From: a virus
Taxonomy: Duplodnaviria > Caudoviricetes
Direction: 5' to 3' (one strand)
IMG/VR virus record: IMGVR_UViG_3300011226_000001
Coordinates: 160,001-224,000 of that record
Length of the DNA: 64,000 nt
The notes below the pieces were generated by a model. It worked only from the letters and a program-made list of their open reading frames with translations, was not told where the DNA came from and did not search any database. Below, one piece after another: positions 9,667 through 19,202 of this stretch; position 1 is the stretch's first letter; each line of letters starts with the position of its first letter. Made by a program: the position numbers and the translations under genes.

Positions 9667-10689
9667 ATGCACGAAATCACTCTCCCATCTGGCGCGATAG
9701 TGTCAGTGTCTGCTGCGAATAAAAAGCAGATCGCCAACGCCGAGATTCTCTTCGGTAAGAACGCGAAACTTATCGTTAAGAAGATTGACGAGCTGGTCAA
9801 GATTAAAGAGCTGGACACCGCAAAGCTGTCTGCCGTGCTTGACCTGCTGAACGACGCCGACGCTACTACGGCCTTCGCCAAGAAAGCTGCTGGTAAGTCT
9901 CTGGTCACTGCGATGAAGAACCTGTATAAGGCTAAGACGCTGGTGGCTACTATCAATGGTCTTCGCGCAATCAAGATGAAGCCTGTCGCTATCCAGCAGA
10001 ACGCTCCTGCTAAGACGACTCGCCCTGTTCGCTCAAACACTGTTGATGCTAACGGTAAGATTGAGCGCAACAAGTGGTATGTTGTCGATCACACGCGTCA
10101 CGCGAACGATATCATCATTAAAGGCCCGTTCAAAACCGAAGCGGAAGCCGAGAAGAATGTTGAGACAGGCAAAAATAAGCGCGTCATCATTCAGGAAGCG
10201 ATGACAGGCCAGAACTGTCTGGACGAAGGTCTGACGTGGACGCAGAACCCTGATCAGAAACAGACTGGCGGCACACCTGGAGCTAAGACAGTTGCTCGTA
10301 ATCAGGTCCGCTCTGAGTCCTATGACAATCTCTACAATGCGCTCATGCGTGGTGGCGACGGCGAGAATGTCAAAGCCCTGTTCAAGCTGATGAAGCTCCC
10401 AGCTCCTAATAAGAGTGTGACTGCTTCTGTTGCCAACATGGGTGGCGATGAAGATTGTATCTTCGTCATGAATGGGACTAAGAAGATTGGCATTGTTCTC
10501 GGTCCGTCAGGCGGGATGGTTGGTGAGATTAAGCAAGCTCGTGGACGTGGCGCATTCACTGTTGCGAAATACAATCCAACTGCTGGTGCTCCGAGCGATC
10601 TGCCTAAATCTGCATTCAAACAGCTGGGCAACTTTACTCTCTACAGCGATGCTTATGCAGCGTTCTACGACGCCGTTAAAGCTCTGTAA
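9667..10689 (+). CDS. Hypothetical protein (possible head protein)
   Basis: 340-aa ORF with AAGGA RBS; N-terminal VSVSA motif. Confidence 0.75.
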   Translation: MHEITLPSGAIVSVSAANKKQIANAEILFGKNAKLIVKKIDELVKIKELDTAKLSAVLDLLNDADATTAFAKKAAGKSLVTAMKNLYKAKTLVATINGLRAIKMKPVAIQQNAPAKTTRPVRSNTVDANGKIERNKWYVVDHTRHANDIIIKGPFKTEAEAEKNVETGKNKRVIIQEAMTGQNCLDEGLTWTQNPDQKQTGGTPGAKTVARNQVRSESYDNLYNALMRGGDGENVKALFKLMKLPAPNKSVTASVANMGGDEDCIFVMNGTKKIGIVLGPSGGMVGEIKQARGRGAFTVAKYNPTAGAPSDLPKSAFKQLGNFTLYSDAYAAFYDAVKAL

Positions 10690-10699
10690 ATTTAATCCA

Positions 10700-10723
10700 A
10701 AAGGGTGGCTTCGGCCGCCCTTT
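10700..10723 (+). terminator. Rho-independent terminator
   Basis: AAAGGGTGGC-TTCG-GCCGCCCTTT. Confidence 0.8.
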
Positions 10724-10736
10724 CTCGTTTCTAAAT

Positions 10737-10745
10737 CTGTAAATA
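10737..10745 (+). promoter_or_regulatory. Candidate promoter CTGTAAATA upstream of the DNA polymerase
   Basis: Lies between a terminator and the polA start; recurrent motif. Confidence 0.55.
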
Positions 10746-10784
10746 ACAGCCATCAATTTGTGTTATACACTCTGATAGGACTAG

Positions 10785-12653
10785 ATGGTGAAAATCAAGC
10801 ATATAGATTTTGACTTCGATCCACCTGAACAGTTTGCCGACCAGCAGACATACGACGGTGTTCGAATACTAAAAGGCGTAAGTAAAAGCGCTAAAGGCGG
10901 TAAAGCACTACTCGTCCTCGATCACATGCCAACCGAAGACTTGCGTAACGGCAAGATATTCAGTAGCACAGAAGGTGAGTTGTTCCTGAATCAGATGCAG
11001 TATCTCGAAGATACGTTTCCGACCAAGACGACTCTCGACGACTGGAACTTCCTTGTTGTCTCGTACAACATGTTCAAGACGTATGACAAGGGCGAGCAGT
11101 TCAAAGAAGACGCAGACCAAGCGTTTGCGGATCGTATTCGTGATTTGATTGTTGAGTACAAGCCAGACTACGTTCTAACATTTGGTAAGGCGCCATTCAA
11201 AGCGCTTAACGCCGACAAGATTCAGTTCTCGAAAGATCACTACGAGCACTGGTATGGTGTGGAGATTCCGACGAAGCTCAAGCACGATGGTAAGAAGCAC
11301 AGCTTTATCCATCTGCCGAACGTCAGCTATCACACCGTATTGAACCCGATGCACATCGCTGGTTCATCGTATACTCTCGGTTACATGGCACGTTGGATGT
11401 TGCCGTGGTTGAACAAAGGGATGCGCTATAAGATCGACGAAGTTACGTGTGGTAAGAAGCGTAACTGGGACCTCGTGTATGTAACGAAGGTCAAGCAACT
11501 TGAGAAAATCTTGAAGCGTATGAAGCGCGCGAAGAAGGTTGCAGTCGATACCGAAACCGAGAACCTGAATCGTATTAAGAATAAAATCTTGACGGTGCAG
11601 CTATCGGATGACGGTAAGAAAGCGTATGTCATTCCAATCTATCACCGCGACAGTCCGTTCAGCCCGAAAGAGTTGCGTAAGGTACGCGAGTTGTTCAAAG
11701 ATTATTTCGAGGACAACGAGAACAAGTATCAGATCTACACCAACGCGAAGTTCGACCTGAACGTAATGCGCTCTAACTTCGGCATTCGTAGTTATGCGGC
11801 AAACGTTTGGGATATTCAGGCGGGTGAGTTCGCGTTCGATGAAAACGCCAAGTCGTTGTTGAACGTGACAGGCAGTGGTTATTACAACTTGGCGAACCTG
11901 ACAATGCAGTTCGGCTGTCAGGTGTACCATGAAGTGTCGTTCGGTAAAGAGATGCGAGCAACGATTGCAGACGTTGACCTCGATGAATCAGTGCAGGAGT
12001 ATGCTGGCCTCGACGTTATCGTACCGTTCCGCATTGCAGAGAAGCAGATGCTTCGAGCGAACGATATCAAGTATGGTAAGTATGACTCTATGGTGAGTGA
12101 GCAAATCTCTGACCAGATTCATGCGTTCTCGATTCTTGAGACAACAGGTGCTGGCGCTGATATCGACTACCTGTTTAAGCTCAACCTTCCGAACTCTCCG
12201 ATTAACGAGGAGATTCGAAACGTAGAGCGCGAGTTCATGAACAGCCCAGAAGTTAAGGCTGCGAACAAGGTTATTTGCAAAGACGACAATGTTCCTAAGA
12301 TGGGTCTTATGGGCAAAGTCGAAGTGACCAAGTTCGATATGTCGAAAGCAGAGCATAAACAGATTCTGTTCTTTGACGTGATGAAACTCAAGCCACTGAA
12401 AGAGAGCGAGCAATTACGTGAGAACGGTAAGAAGTCGGGCAAACTCGACAAGGACTTCCAGGAGGCGTATAAGGATGTGCCTCTTGTTGCGTTATATACC
12501 AAACTCGGAAAAGCGTACAAGCTCAAGAACGCCTACGTTAACAGCTTGCTCAAGCTCTGGGGAGAATCAGAAGACTTCAAACACGACCGTTCGATTCGAC
12601 CGACGTATGGCTACCTCGGAGTTGTAACTGGACGTACAAGCGCTAGTGATCCT
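10785..12653 (+). CDS. polA: Family A DNA polymerase, exon 1 (UDG-like domain, 3'-5' exonuclease, start of polymerase domain)
   Basis: ExoI VAVDTETE; ExoII NAKFDL; ExoIII YAGLD; ends GVVTGRTSASDP, the first half of the conserved TGRLSSxxPNLQ motif. Confidence 0.9.
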
Positions 12654-13874
12654 AGATTGGGCTTCATGTAGGAAACTGCATGTCGAAAGCTACCTAAACG
12701 GGGAAGAGCCTTACGCAGCGAATGTGTAAGGAGAACCTACCGTGCTAAATGTCGGAAACGACTAAAAGCCTAACGACTATCCCGCGAGGGAGTAGAGTGA
12801 CAAGCAAATGGTCACGCGAAATGGTAGCGTCCTAAGTTCTCATTTGAGTCTGATATGCAAGCGCGTCAGACGAGAGAATAAGTCTATTCAGAATATTTTC
12901 AGAAATACTTCATTTGGGACTTGTTGACGATAATTAAAATGCGTCACTGACAGCAAGTTCCTTTGAGGCGTATATGAAAAAAGTAAAAACGACCGTGAAG
13001 AAGGGCCGTGCTATTGCACTCGTTGCAGAGCAACATCTTTTGCCTAAATATCTGAAACACTATATTGAGGCTTGGGCGGCGAAATTTCTCCATGATCATC
13101 CAAACGTAAGCACTGCTTATTCGCTAACTGACTTCAAGTGTTGGAAGTCCTATAGAGAAAACATCTTTGTCCATAAGACGGGTGTGTTCTTAATCGTCAA
13201 CGACGAAGGCGAAGTGCGCATGACTGTTGGACGCAAACATCCAAAAGGCTATTTGTCTTTATGGCTGCGTGGTCCTTTGGCGCATAGAGTAGTAGCAACT
13301 GTCTGGAAGAAAAACAAACATCCTGATACAAGACCAATTGTAAACCATCTTGACGGAATCAAGACAAATAACTGTATTGATAACCTTGAGTGGTGCAGCA
13401 ACTCGCGTAACATTCTTCATGCCAGAGAGATGGGTTTAAATGTTTATAACAAACCTACATCTGGTCTAAAGATTGGTGGCCAAAAGAAAGGGACTTCAAA
13501 ATACTTTGGAACCTTTTACGATAAAGCCAAATGTATGTGGGTTGCTCAAGTCAGACACAACAATATTGTGCATGGCCGCCGTCGTTTTCGAAAAGAAGAT
13601 GATGCAGCACTTCACTATAACAATGTGTGTGATATTCTTGGTATAACTGAAAAGCCGCGTAATGACTTTCCGAAGCAGAAGATTCGTCGAGTCAGAATAG
13701 GTAAAGCTGTTATACGAATGATTGGTAAAGATGAACATTTGTTTTTCGTTTCTGAATAGCGGACTTGATATAGTCTCTTCCACATCGGTAAACGGTGTGG
13801 TGGTGTGTAAGACGAGGGATGTTGGTACTCGCATCATCAGAACGTGTGTTGCGAACACGTTTTAAGACCACAAA
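12654..13874 (+). ncRNA. Self-splicing group I intron (subgroup IA2) in the DNA polymerase gene
   Basis: IGS AGATTGGG pairs with exon CCT (U.G) and 3' exon AATCT; P2 CATGTAG/CTGCATG; P3 GCTACC 12689/GGTAGC 12823; P7 GACTA 12775/TAGTC 13771; P7.1 and P7.2 hairpins; P8 GTCC/GGAC; P9 CCACATCG/CGGTGTGG. Removal restores SDP-NLQQVP. Confidence 0.9.
12974..13759 (+). CDS. Intron-encoded HNH homing endonuclease with C-terminal AP2-like DNA-binding domain
   Basis: AHRVVATVW...VNHLDGIKTNNCIDNLEWCSNSRNILH (HNH_3 type); SKYFGTFYDK..CMWVAQV...EDDAALHYN (AP2-like); lies in the P8 loop; more AT-rich than flanks. Confidence 0.85.
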   Translation: MKKVKTTVKKGRAIALVAEQHLLPKYLKHYIEAWAAKFLHDHPNVSTAYSLTDFKCWKSYRENIFVHKTGVFLIVNDEGEVRMTVGRKHPKGYLSLWLRGPLAHRVVATVWKKNKHPDTRPIVNHLDGIKTNNCIDNLEWCSNSRNILHAREMGLNVYNKPTSGLKIGGQKKGTSKYFGTFYDKAKCMWVAQVRHNNIVHGRRRFRKEDDAALHYNNVCDILGITEKPRNDFPKQKIRRVRIGKAVIRMIGKDEHLFFVSE

Positions 13875-15176
13875 AATCTCCAGCAGGTGCCCTCACGTAG
13901 TGAGATGGGTAAACTGATCAAACGTATTCTGATTGCGCGTAAGAATCGCCTGCTTATCAAGGTCGACTACTCAGCGCACGAAGTTCGTGGTTGGTCAATC
14001 ATCTCCGGTGACCAGGGTGTTGCAGACGTATTCGAACAGGGTCGTGCGTTGCGTCATCGCTATCGTACTGTACCAGACCCGTGGATCTGGCATCGCGTCG
14101 AAGCAGAAGGTGACGTTCACAAAATCAACGCCGCATACTTCTTCGGCATTCCAAACGTAATGGATGTAACCAAGTCCGTGCGTAACGCGGTTAAGACAGT
14201 TATCTTCGGTTTGATTTATCAGCAGGGCGATAAAGGTCTTGCGAAGTCTACAGGCCGTGAAGTGTCTGAGATTGCAGAAATCAAAGCCAAGTTCCTTAAA
14301 CGATTCCCTGTTGGCTTAAAATGGTTCGACAAGATTAAGAAGTTTGCACATGAGAACTTCTTTGTTGAATCGCCTGTTGGTCGTCGTCGTCATCTTTGGG
14401 GCTTGATGCTGCCTGAGTCGCACAAAGAAGCGAACATGGTACATGCTGCGTGTGATCGTCGTGCAGTAAACAGTCCAGTACAGGGCTTCGGTTCTGACTT
14501 GATGATGTCCGCGATTCGTATTCTGGATCGCATGAAGTACGATTACTGGAAAGCGAACGGCGAGTACCCTGACTTTGATATGAACGTATCGGTACACGAC
14601 TCCTTAACCGTTGACTGTGATTACAAGTGGATCTTCCTTGCACTTGATATGATCGAACGCGCTATGACAAGCGCTGTGGTTGAGAAAGTACAGAAGCGTC
14701 ATCCGGGGTTTGAGTTCACGTCCGTGCCTGAGATCGACTTTGAAATTGGTGCGTCTGAAAAAGACGTTGGCGGTTGGGACTTCTCTTATGTTGGTCTGCG
14801 TAAACTTATCCAGAAGGGTCTGGAGATTAAACGCGACGAGCTTAACGAACCTGACCTCGACGTTGAGAAGACAACTGACTCCATCATGGAAGATCAGTAT
14901 CACCTCATGTCTGATTGGATGAAGAAACAACTGTGGGCGAATGGCATTAAGATTCGCAGCATGGATAAAGTTAATCCTCTCACCAACAAAGACAAGAAGA
15001 ACGTCGAAGAATGGCTCAAAGAACTTCCGAAGAACGTTAAGAAGTTCGAAGCATACGAAGCAGAGGAAGCGAAGAAGAAAGCCGCTGCCGCTGCTGGTGG
15101 TGCAAAAGGCCAGAAGAAAATCAAAATCAGCAAGTCCATGCTTAAAATGGCACTTAAGGGGATTGCGAAGAAATGA
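13875..15176 (+). CDS. polA: Family A DNA polymerase, exon 2 (spliced product about 1056 aa)
   Basis: Begins NLQQVPSR; motif A KVDYSAHEVR; motif B RNAVKTVIFGLIY; motif C SVHDSL. Confidence 0.9.
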   Translation, partial: NLQQVPSRSEMGKLIKRILIARKNRLLIKVDYSAHEVRGWSIISGDQGVADVFEQGRALRHRYRTVPDPWIWHRVEAEGDVHKINAAYFFGIPNVMDVTKSVRNAVKTVIFGLIYQQGDKGLAKSTGREVSEIAEIKAKFLKRFPVGLKWFDKIKKFAHENFFVESPVGRRRHLWGLMLPESHKEANMVHAACDRRAVNSPVQGFGSDLMMSAIRILDRMKYDYWKANGEYPDFDMNVSVHDSLTVDCDYKWIFLALDMIERAMTSAVVEKVQKRHPGFEFTSVPEIDFEIGASEKDVGGWDFSYVGLRKLIQKGLEIKRDELNEPDLDVEKTTDSIMEDQYHLMSDWMKKQLWANGIKIRSMDKVNPLTNKDKKNVEEWLKELPKNVKKFEAYEAEEAKKKAAAAAGGAKGQKKIKISKSMLKMALKGIAKK

Positions 15177-15466
15177 TGACGGCAGAAGATGTATGTTCGT
15201 TCCTGAACAAGCATCTGGTAGAACGTCCGGCATTCATGGGTGCTGCCTTGCGTACTGCTTGGCAGCTTAACCCAGGCGATGTACCTGATGATATCTACGT
15301 TCACCAGATCGCACCTGACTGTTACAGCGCTGACTTTGTTGGCGTTCTGAATGGCCTGATTGCAGCGTCCGGCAAGCGCCTGAATGCTGTAAATATACAG
15401 GGCACACTACAATTTGTTTTAGAGGATAGAGATGAAGACTTGTCGATTACCGAAGAACCCCGCTAA
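15173..15466 (+). CDS. Hypothetical protein
   Basis: 97-aa ORF coupled to the polA stop (ATGA). Confidence 0.65.
   Translation: MMTAEDVCSFLNKHLVERPAFMGAALRTAWQLNPGDVPDDIYVHQIAPDCYSADFVGVLNGLIAASGKRLNAVNIQGTLQFVLEDRDEDLSITEEPR
15387..15395 (+). promoter_or_regulatory. Candidate promoter CTGTAAATA
   Basis: Ends 36 nt before the clamp-like gene; CTGTA-AATA-TACAG can form a hairpin. Confidence 0.45.
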
Positions 15467-16610
15467 GAAATGCAGCTTAACGCTGAACGGTACCTTCCTG
15501 TCAGATATTCTTAAACGTGTCGATAGCGTGACGCGTTTCTCTGAGTCGGACGACAAGCTGACGCACATTCATCTGCTGGTCACCTATAAGTCTGACGTGT
15601 TCGTTCTCGGTCGTACTCCTGATACGTTCGTTGCCTATCTGGTTCCGGGTGCGACTGCCGACGCCGATACGGTTATGAACATCGACCCTATTCAGTTGAC
15701 CGGCCTGATCAGTAAGCGTAAAGAACTGAACGTTGAGTTCGACGGTAAGACGTTGAACATTAGCGAACAGAAAGGCAAGTACAAAGCAGAAGTGAAACTG
15801 CGTCCAGTATCGGCCGAGCAGATTCCGATGGTTGAGCAGGGTCTGCATCACCACATCGAAGGCGGGCATGAGATGACGCGTGAAGTAATCGACGCGATGA
15901 CTCAGGGCGTTAAGCTGACTCGTCTGAAAGATACTATCACAGGTCAAACAGTGATGTGTCGTGTTATCTGTGACGGTGAAAGCCTGAGCCTCGTTAGCCC
16001 TGGTCACTGGACTTCATCTCGTTATCGTGCTGCACTGAAAAAGAAAGTGAAGCCGTTCCGTTTCAGTATGACAGGCGAGATGTTCGACCTCGTGTATCGC
16101 TTCTGTGGTGAAGAGAAGGTAACGTTCCACGTTGACAGCAGTTCATTCGCCGCCGAAGCTGAATCGTTTGTTCTGACGCTGCCTCCGATTCAGGCAAGCG
16201 ACGAAGACTATCGCTACATGGACAACATGATCGCACAGCTTGGCAAGCCGCTGATTGGTTGTGTGATCAAGGGTGACCTGTCTGCGCCGTTCGCTAACAT
16301 CTCGACATTGATCGAGAAGAAGGGTAACACGAACGCGAAGCTCCTCGTTAAGAAGCAAGAGTTTAAACTCAAGTTCGGTAACGATAGCGGTAGCGTACAG
16401 GACAGCTTGAAGCTGGCGAAGCCTGTTGAGAAAGAGTTTAGTACCTCGCTCGACATGCGTATCATCCGCGAGTTGCTGCGTAACATCGGTCGTGAAGAAC
16501 GTCACAACATGGGCTTCCACGGTAGCAGCATCAATGCCCTGAACGCGTTCAGCCTGAACTATAAGTTCGACACGCACACGCTGTTGTACTTCGGGTATCT
16601 GCCAGCATGA
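15432..16610 (+). CDS. Putative DNA sliding clamp (DnaN/beta-clamp-like)
   Basis: 392 aa (beta-clamp size); alternating helix/strand pattern with DnaN-like N-terminus (L..LKRV.SV...LTHIHL); located next to the polymerase. Confidence 0.55.
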   Translation: MKTCRLPKNPAKKCSLTLNGTFLSDILKRVDSVTRFSESDDKLTHIHLLVTYKSDVFVLGRTPDTFVAYLVPGATADADTVMNIDPIQLTGLISKRKELNVEFDGKTLNISEQKGKYKAEVKLRPVSAEQIPMVEQGLHHHIEGGHEMTREVIDAMTQGVKLTRLKDTITGQTVMCRVICDGESLSLVSPGHWTSSRYRAALKKKVKPFRFSMTGEMFDLVYRFCGEEKVTFHVDSSSFAAEAESFVLTLPPIQASDEDYRYMDNMIAQLGKPLIGCVIKGDLSAPFANISTLIEKKGNTNAKLLVKKQEFKLKFGNDSGSVQDSLKLAKPVEKEFSTSLDMRIIRELLRNIGREERHNMGFHGSSINALNAFSLNYKFDTHTLLYFGYLPA

Positions 16611-17053
16611 CAGTAAGATGGGCTAAAGTAGCCATCAAGAAAAACGTCCTCTCTGGGGACGTTTGTTCACTCATACACGATGTTCTGTATGAAATACCTA
16701 ATGCCCCGCGTGGGCGTCGTCGTTTCTGTCTGATCTATAAAGCTGTGTACGGTGATACGCTGGACATTGATAGCGTTGCGCCTATTGAACATAGCTATCA
16801 CTTCAAGCAATCGTATCTGCGCCTTGCTGATACAGTTGTAGGTTCGTTGCTCGAAGTGTCTGCGAAGTGGTGTACGTTCAACGATGTGACTGTTGGTTAT
16901 ATGCCTCCGCTCGAAAAACTACACAACTTCACCTGCCCTATCGAAGGTCCTTCTGGGGGTCTGCTAATTTATCGGGACGAGCATGGTAGCTTCTTCGCTA
17001 TGCCGAACAAGACTCCTGAGAGTCCGATTCTCGTAACTGACAAAGGTGATTAA
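16607..17053 (+). CDS. Hypothetical protein
   Basis: 148-aa ORF overlapping the upstream stop (ATGA). Confidence 0.7.
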   Translation: MTVRWAKVAIKKNVLSGDVCSLIHDVLYEIPNAPRGRRRFCLIYKAVYGDTLDIDSVAPIEHSYHFKQSYLRLADTVVGSLLEVSAKWCTFNDVTVGYMPPLEKLHNFTCPIEGPSGGLLIYRDEHGSFFAMPNKTPESPILVTDKGD

Positions 17054-17598
17054 TGGACGACCTAAAGCGCATTCGAATAAAGGTCAAGAATGACAAGCGC
17101 TATAAGAAGCTGAGGGATATCTACAAAACGAATGATATCTTTCAGCAACCTCTCGCCGAACTGCAAGACGAAGCGCGTAAACTGTTTAAGATGCGTAAGG
17201 TCAGAACGCTCAACATCTCTGATCCGCAAGCACTGAACAAAGTTGCCGAGTCGATAATTCAAGATCAATCGTACCGAAGCCGTATGACTGAGATCATGAC
17301 GCATATCCACACAGCCTCAAAACTGTTAAATGATATGTTAGAACGATTTCAGGACTATGCTTCGGTCACGTATGCAAAAGATCTGAAAGCCGTCGGCGCT
17401 GCGAAAGAACGTGAGCGTTGTGTCAGAAACATTATGGCCGAATACTACCGATACGCTGATCAGCTTGAACTACTCAAGGAAGAGTTGGACCTGTATATCA
17501 AGGACATTGATAAGTGTGGCTTCGCGTACCGAGCACTTGTCGATACGATGAACATCATCAATCAGCGTGAGTACGGTCTCCCGAACTCAAGGAAATAG
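17053..17598 (+). CDS. Helical/coiled-coil protein (UvsY-like by position only)
   Basis: 181-aa helical ORF directly upstream of the UvsW-like helicase. Confidence 0.6.
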   Translation: MDDLKRIRIKVKNDKRYKKLRDIYKTNDIFQQPLAELQDEARKLFKMRKVRTLNISDPQALNKVAESIIQDQSYRSRMTEIMTHIHTASKLLNDMLERFQDYASVTYAKDLKAVGAAKERERCVRNIMAEYYRYADQLELLKEELDLYIKDIDKCGFAYRALVDTMNIINQREYGLPNSRK

Positions 17599-17600
17599 AT

Positions 17601-19202
17601 GTGACTGCCAAAGTATTGGTCGATAGCCGTCTGCACATTCCAGTTAAAGTTGTGGACGCAGACAACATCATCAAGAAGATGACTCACTACGAGTTCGACA
17701 ACGCCGCTTGTAAGAACTGTGAGTTTCGTTCTATACGACCGTCCGAAGAATGCCGTTCGTGTTCTAAAGGCGGTCTGCTCGATATTACCGTGCTGGCGAA
17801 ATACTCTGAGATTAAGGGTAAGCGTTACGTGTCTATCCCGTATGGTGAGATGCACCGTTTCGAGAGGACAGCAGGGTTGAGCCTGAAAGAAGTGAAGTTC
17901 GTGAATGGAACGAGTCGCGTACCTTACGACTACAAAGTGAAATTCACGGGCAAGCTGCGTGAATATCAGAAAGAACCGTTCGAGAAGATGTTCGGTGAAC
18001 TGTGTGGTGTGTTTAAAGCACCGCCTCGTTCTGGTAAGACGGTTATCGGTACTGCTGGTGCATGTCACTCTGGTTTCCGTACAGTCATTATGGCTGACCA
18101 GAAAGACTTCCTCGATGGTTTCTTAGAGACTATCGAAGCGATGACGAATCTTCCTGAGCTGGAAGAGAAGCACGGCAAGAAGCTGTATGGATTCCCGAAG
18201 ACTCTGGATGACTATAAGAACTTCCAGATTATCCTTGTGACCTATCAGTCTCTGATCTCTGACAGTAAGAACTCGAAGAAGCGACTCAAGTTGCTGAACG
18301 AGAACTACGGAACGCTGTTCGTCGATGAATGTCACGCAGGTAACGCAAGCTGTTATAGCCGCGTACTGGCCAGCCTGAAAATGAAGTATCGCTTCGGTCT
18401 GACTGCGACACCAAAGCGTAAAGATGGACGACATTACCTTATTGAATCTATCTTCGGGCCTGTGATTGCCGAAGCGTTCGTTGAGGAGCTTGTGCCTAAA
18501 GTAACGTTGCATAAGACTTCTAACCGAGTGCAGTCGAAAGCGAACTACAACAACAAAAGTGGTTGGGTGCGATTCTGTAAGTTCCTTGCGAATCATCCAG
18601 ACCGCAACGACAAGATCTTTGAATGGATTATCAAAGACCTTGATGCCGGTCGAAGTATCGCAATCCCAATCATGTTCACTGATCAAGCACGTCGTCTGGT
18701 GCAGCGTATCAATGAGCATTACATGGAAGAAGTTGCTGCTGTGTTCCTTGGTGGTGCGAAAGAAGCGAAGAAGCGTAAGCCGATTATTGATGCAGCGCGT
18801 GAAGGTAAGATACGCTGCGTTGTTGGTATGCGCAAGCTGATGCAGCGCGGTCTGAACGTTCCGAAGTGGGACACGCTGTACTACATCATGCCGATGAATA
18901 ACGAACCGAACTGGAAACAGGAATCGTGTCGTATTCTGACGCCGATGGAAAACAAGCGGACGCCTGTGATTCGTATGTTCATCGATCCAAAGATGGAGCG
19001 TTCGATGCAGTGTGCTCGCTCCGTTCTCAAGATGTGCTGGAAGTTTGGTTACGCGAAAGCGAAGCGTACACCGAAGAAGCTGCGTGATTGGATGGGCGTT
19101 GTGTCGAGAAGTGAAGCGCTTGATAGCGAGTTGCCTGATTACTTCGAACCAGAAGCGCGTGTGAAAGGCCAGCCGTCTAACTTAGGCATGAGGCGATTCT
19201 GA
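17601..19202 (+). CDS. SF2 DNA helicase (UvsW/XPB-like) with N-terminal Cys cluster
   Basis: LREYQ; APPRSGKT; VDECH; GLTATP; RGLNVP; CKNC...CRSC. Confidence 0.88.
   Translation: MTAKVLVDSRLHIPVKVVDADNIIKKMTHYEFDNAACKNCEFRSIRPSEECRSCSKGGLLDITVLAKYSEIKGKRYVSIPYGEMHRFERTAGLSLKEVKFVNGTSRVPYDYKVKFTGKLREYQKEPFEKMFGELCGVFKAPPRSGKTVIGTAGACHSGFRTVIMADQKDFLDGFLETIEAMTNLPELEEKHGKKLYGFPKTLDDYKNFQIILVTYQSLISDSKNSKKRLKLLNENYGTLFVDECHAGNASCYSRVLASLKMKYRFGLTATPKRKDGRHYLIESIFGPVIAEAFVEELVPKVTLHKTSNRVQSKANYNNKSGWVRFCKFLANHPDRNDKIFEWIIKDLDAGRSIAIPIMFTDQARRLVQRINEHYMEEVAAVFLGGAKEAKKRKPIIDAAREGKIRCVVGMRKLMQRGLNVPKWDTLYYIMPMNNEPNWKQESCRILTPMENKRTPVIRMFIDPKMERSMQCARSVLKMCWKFGYAKAKRTPKKLRDWMGVVSRSEALDSELPDYFEPEARVKGQPSNLGMRRF

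Noticed and set aside
10785-15176. Polymerase as two separate genes, a pseudogene, or intein-containing
   Set aside because: The intervening sequence has in-frame stops and a full group I core, and exon joining restores the conserved motif
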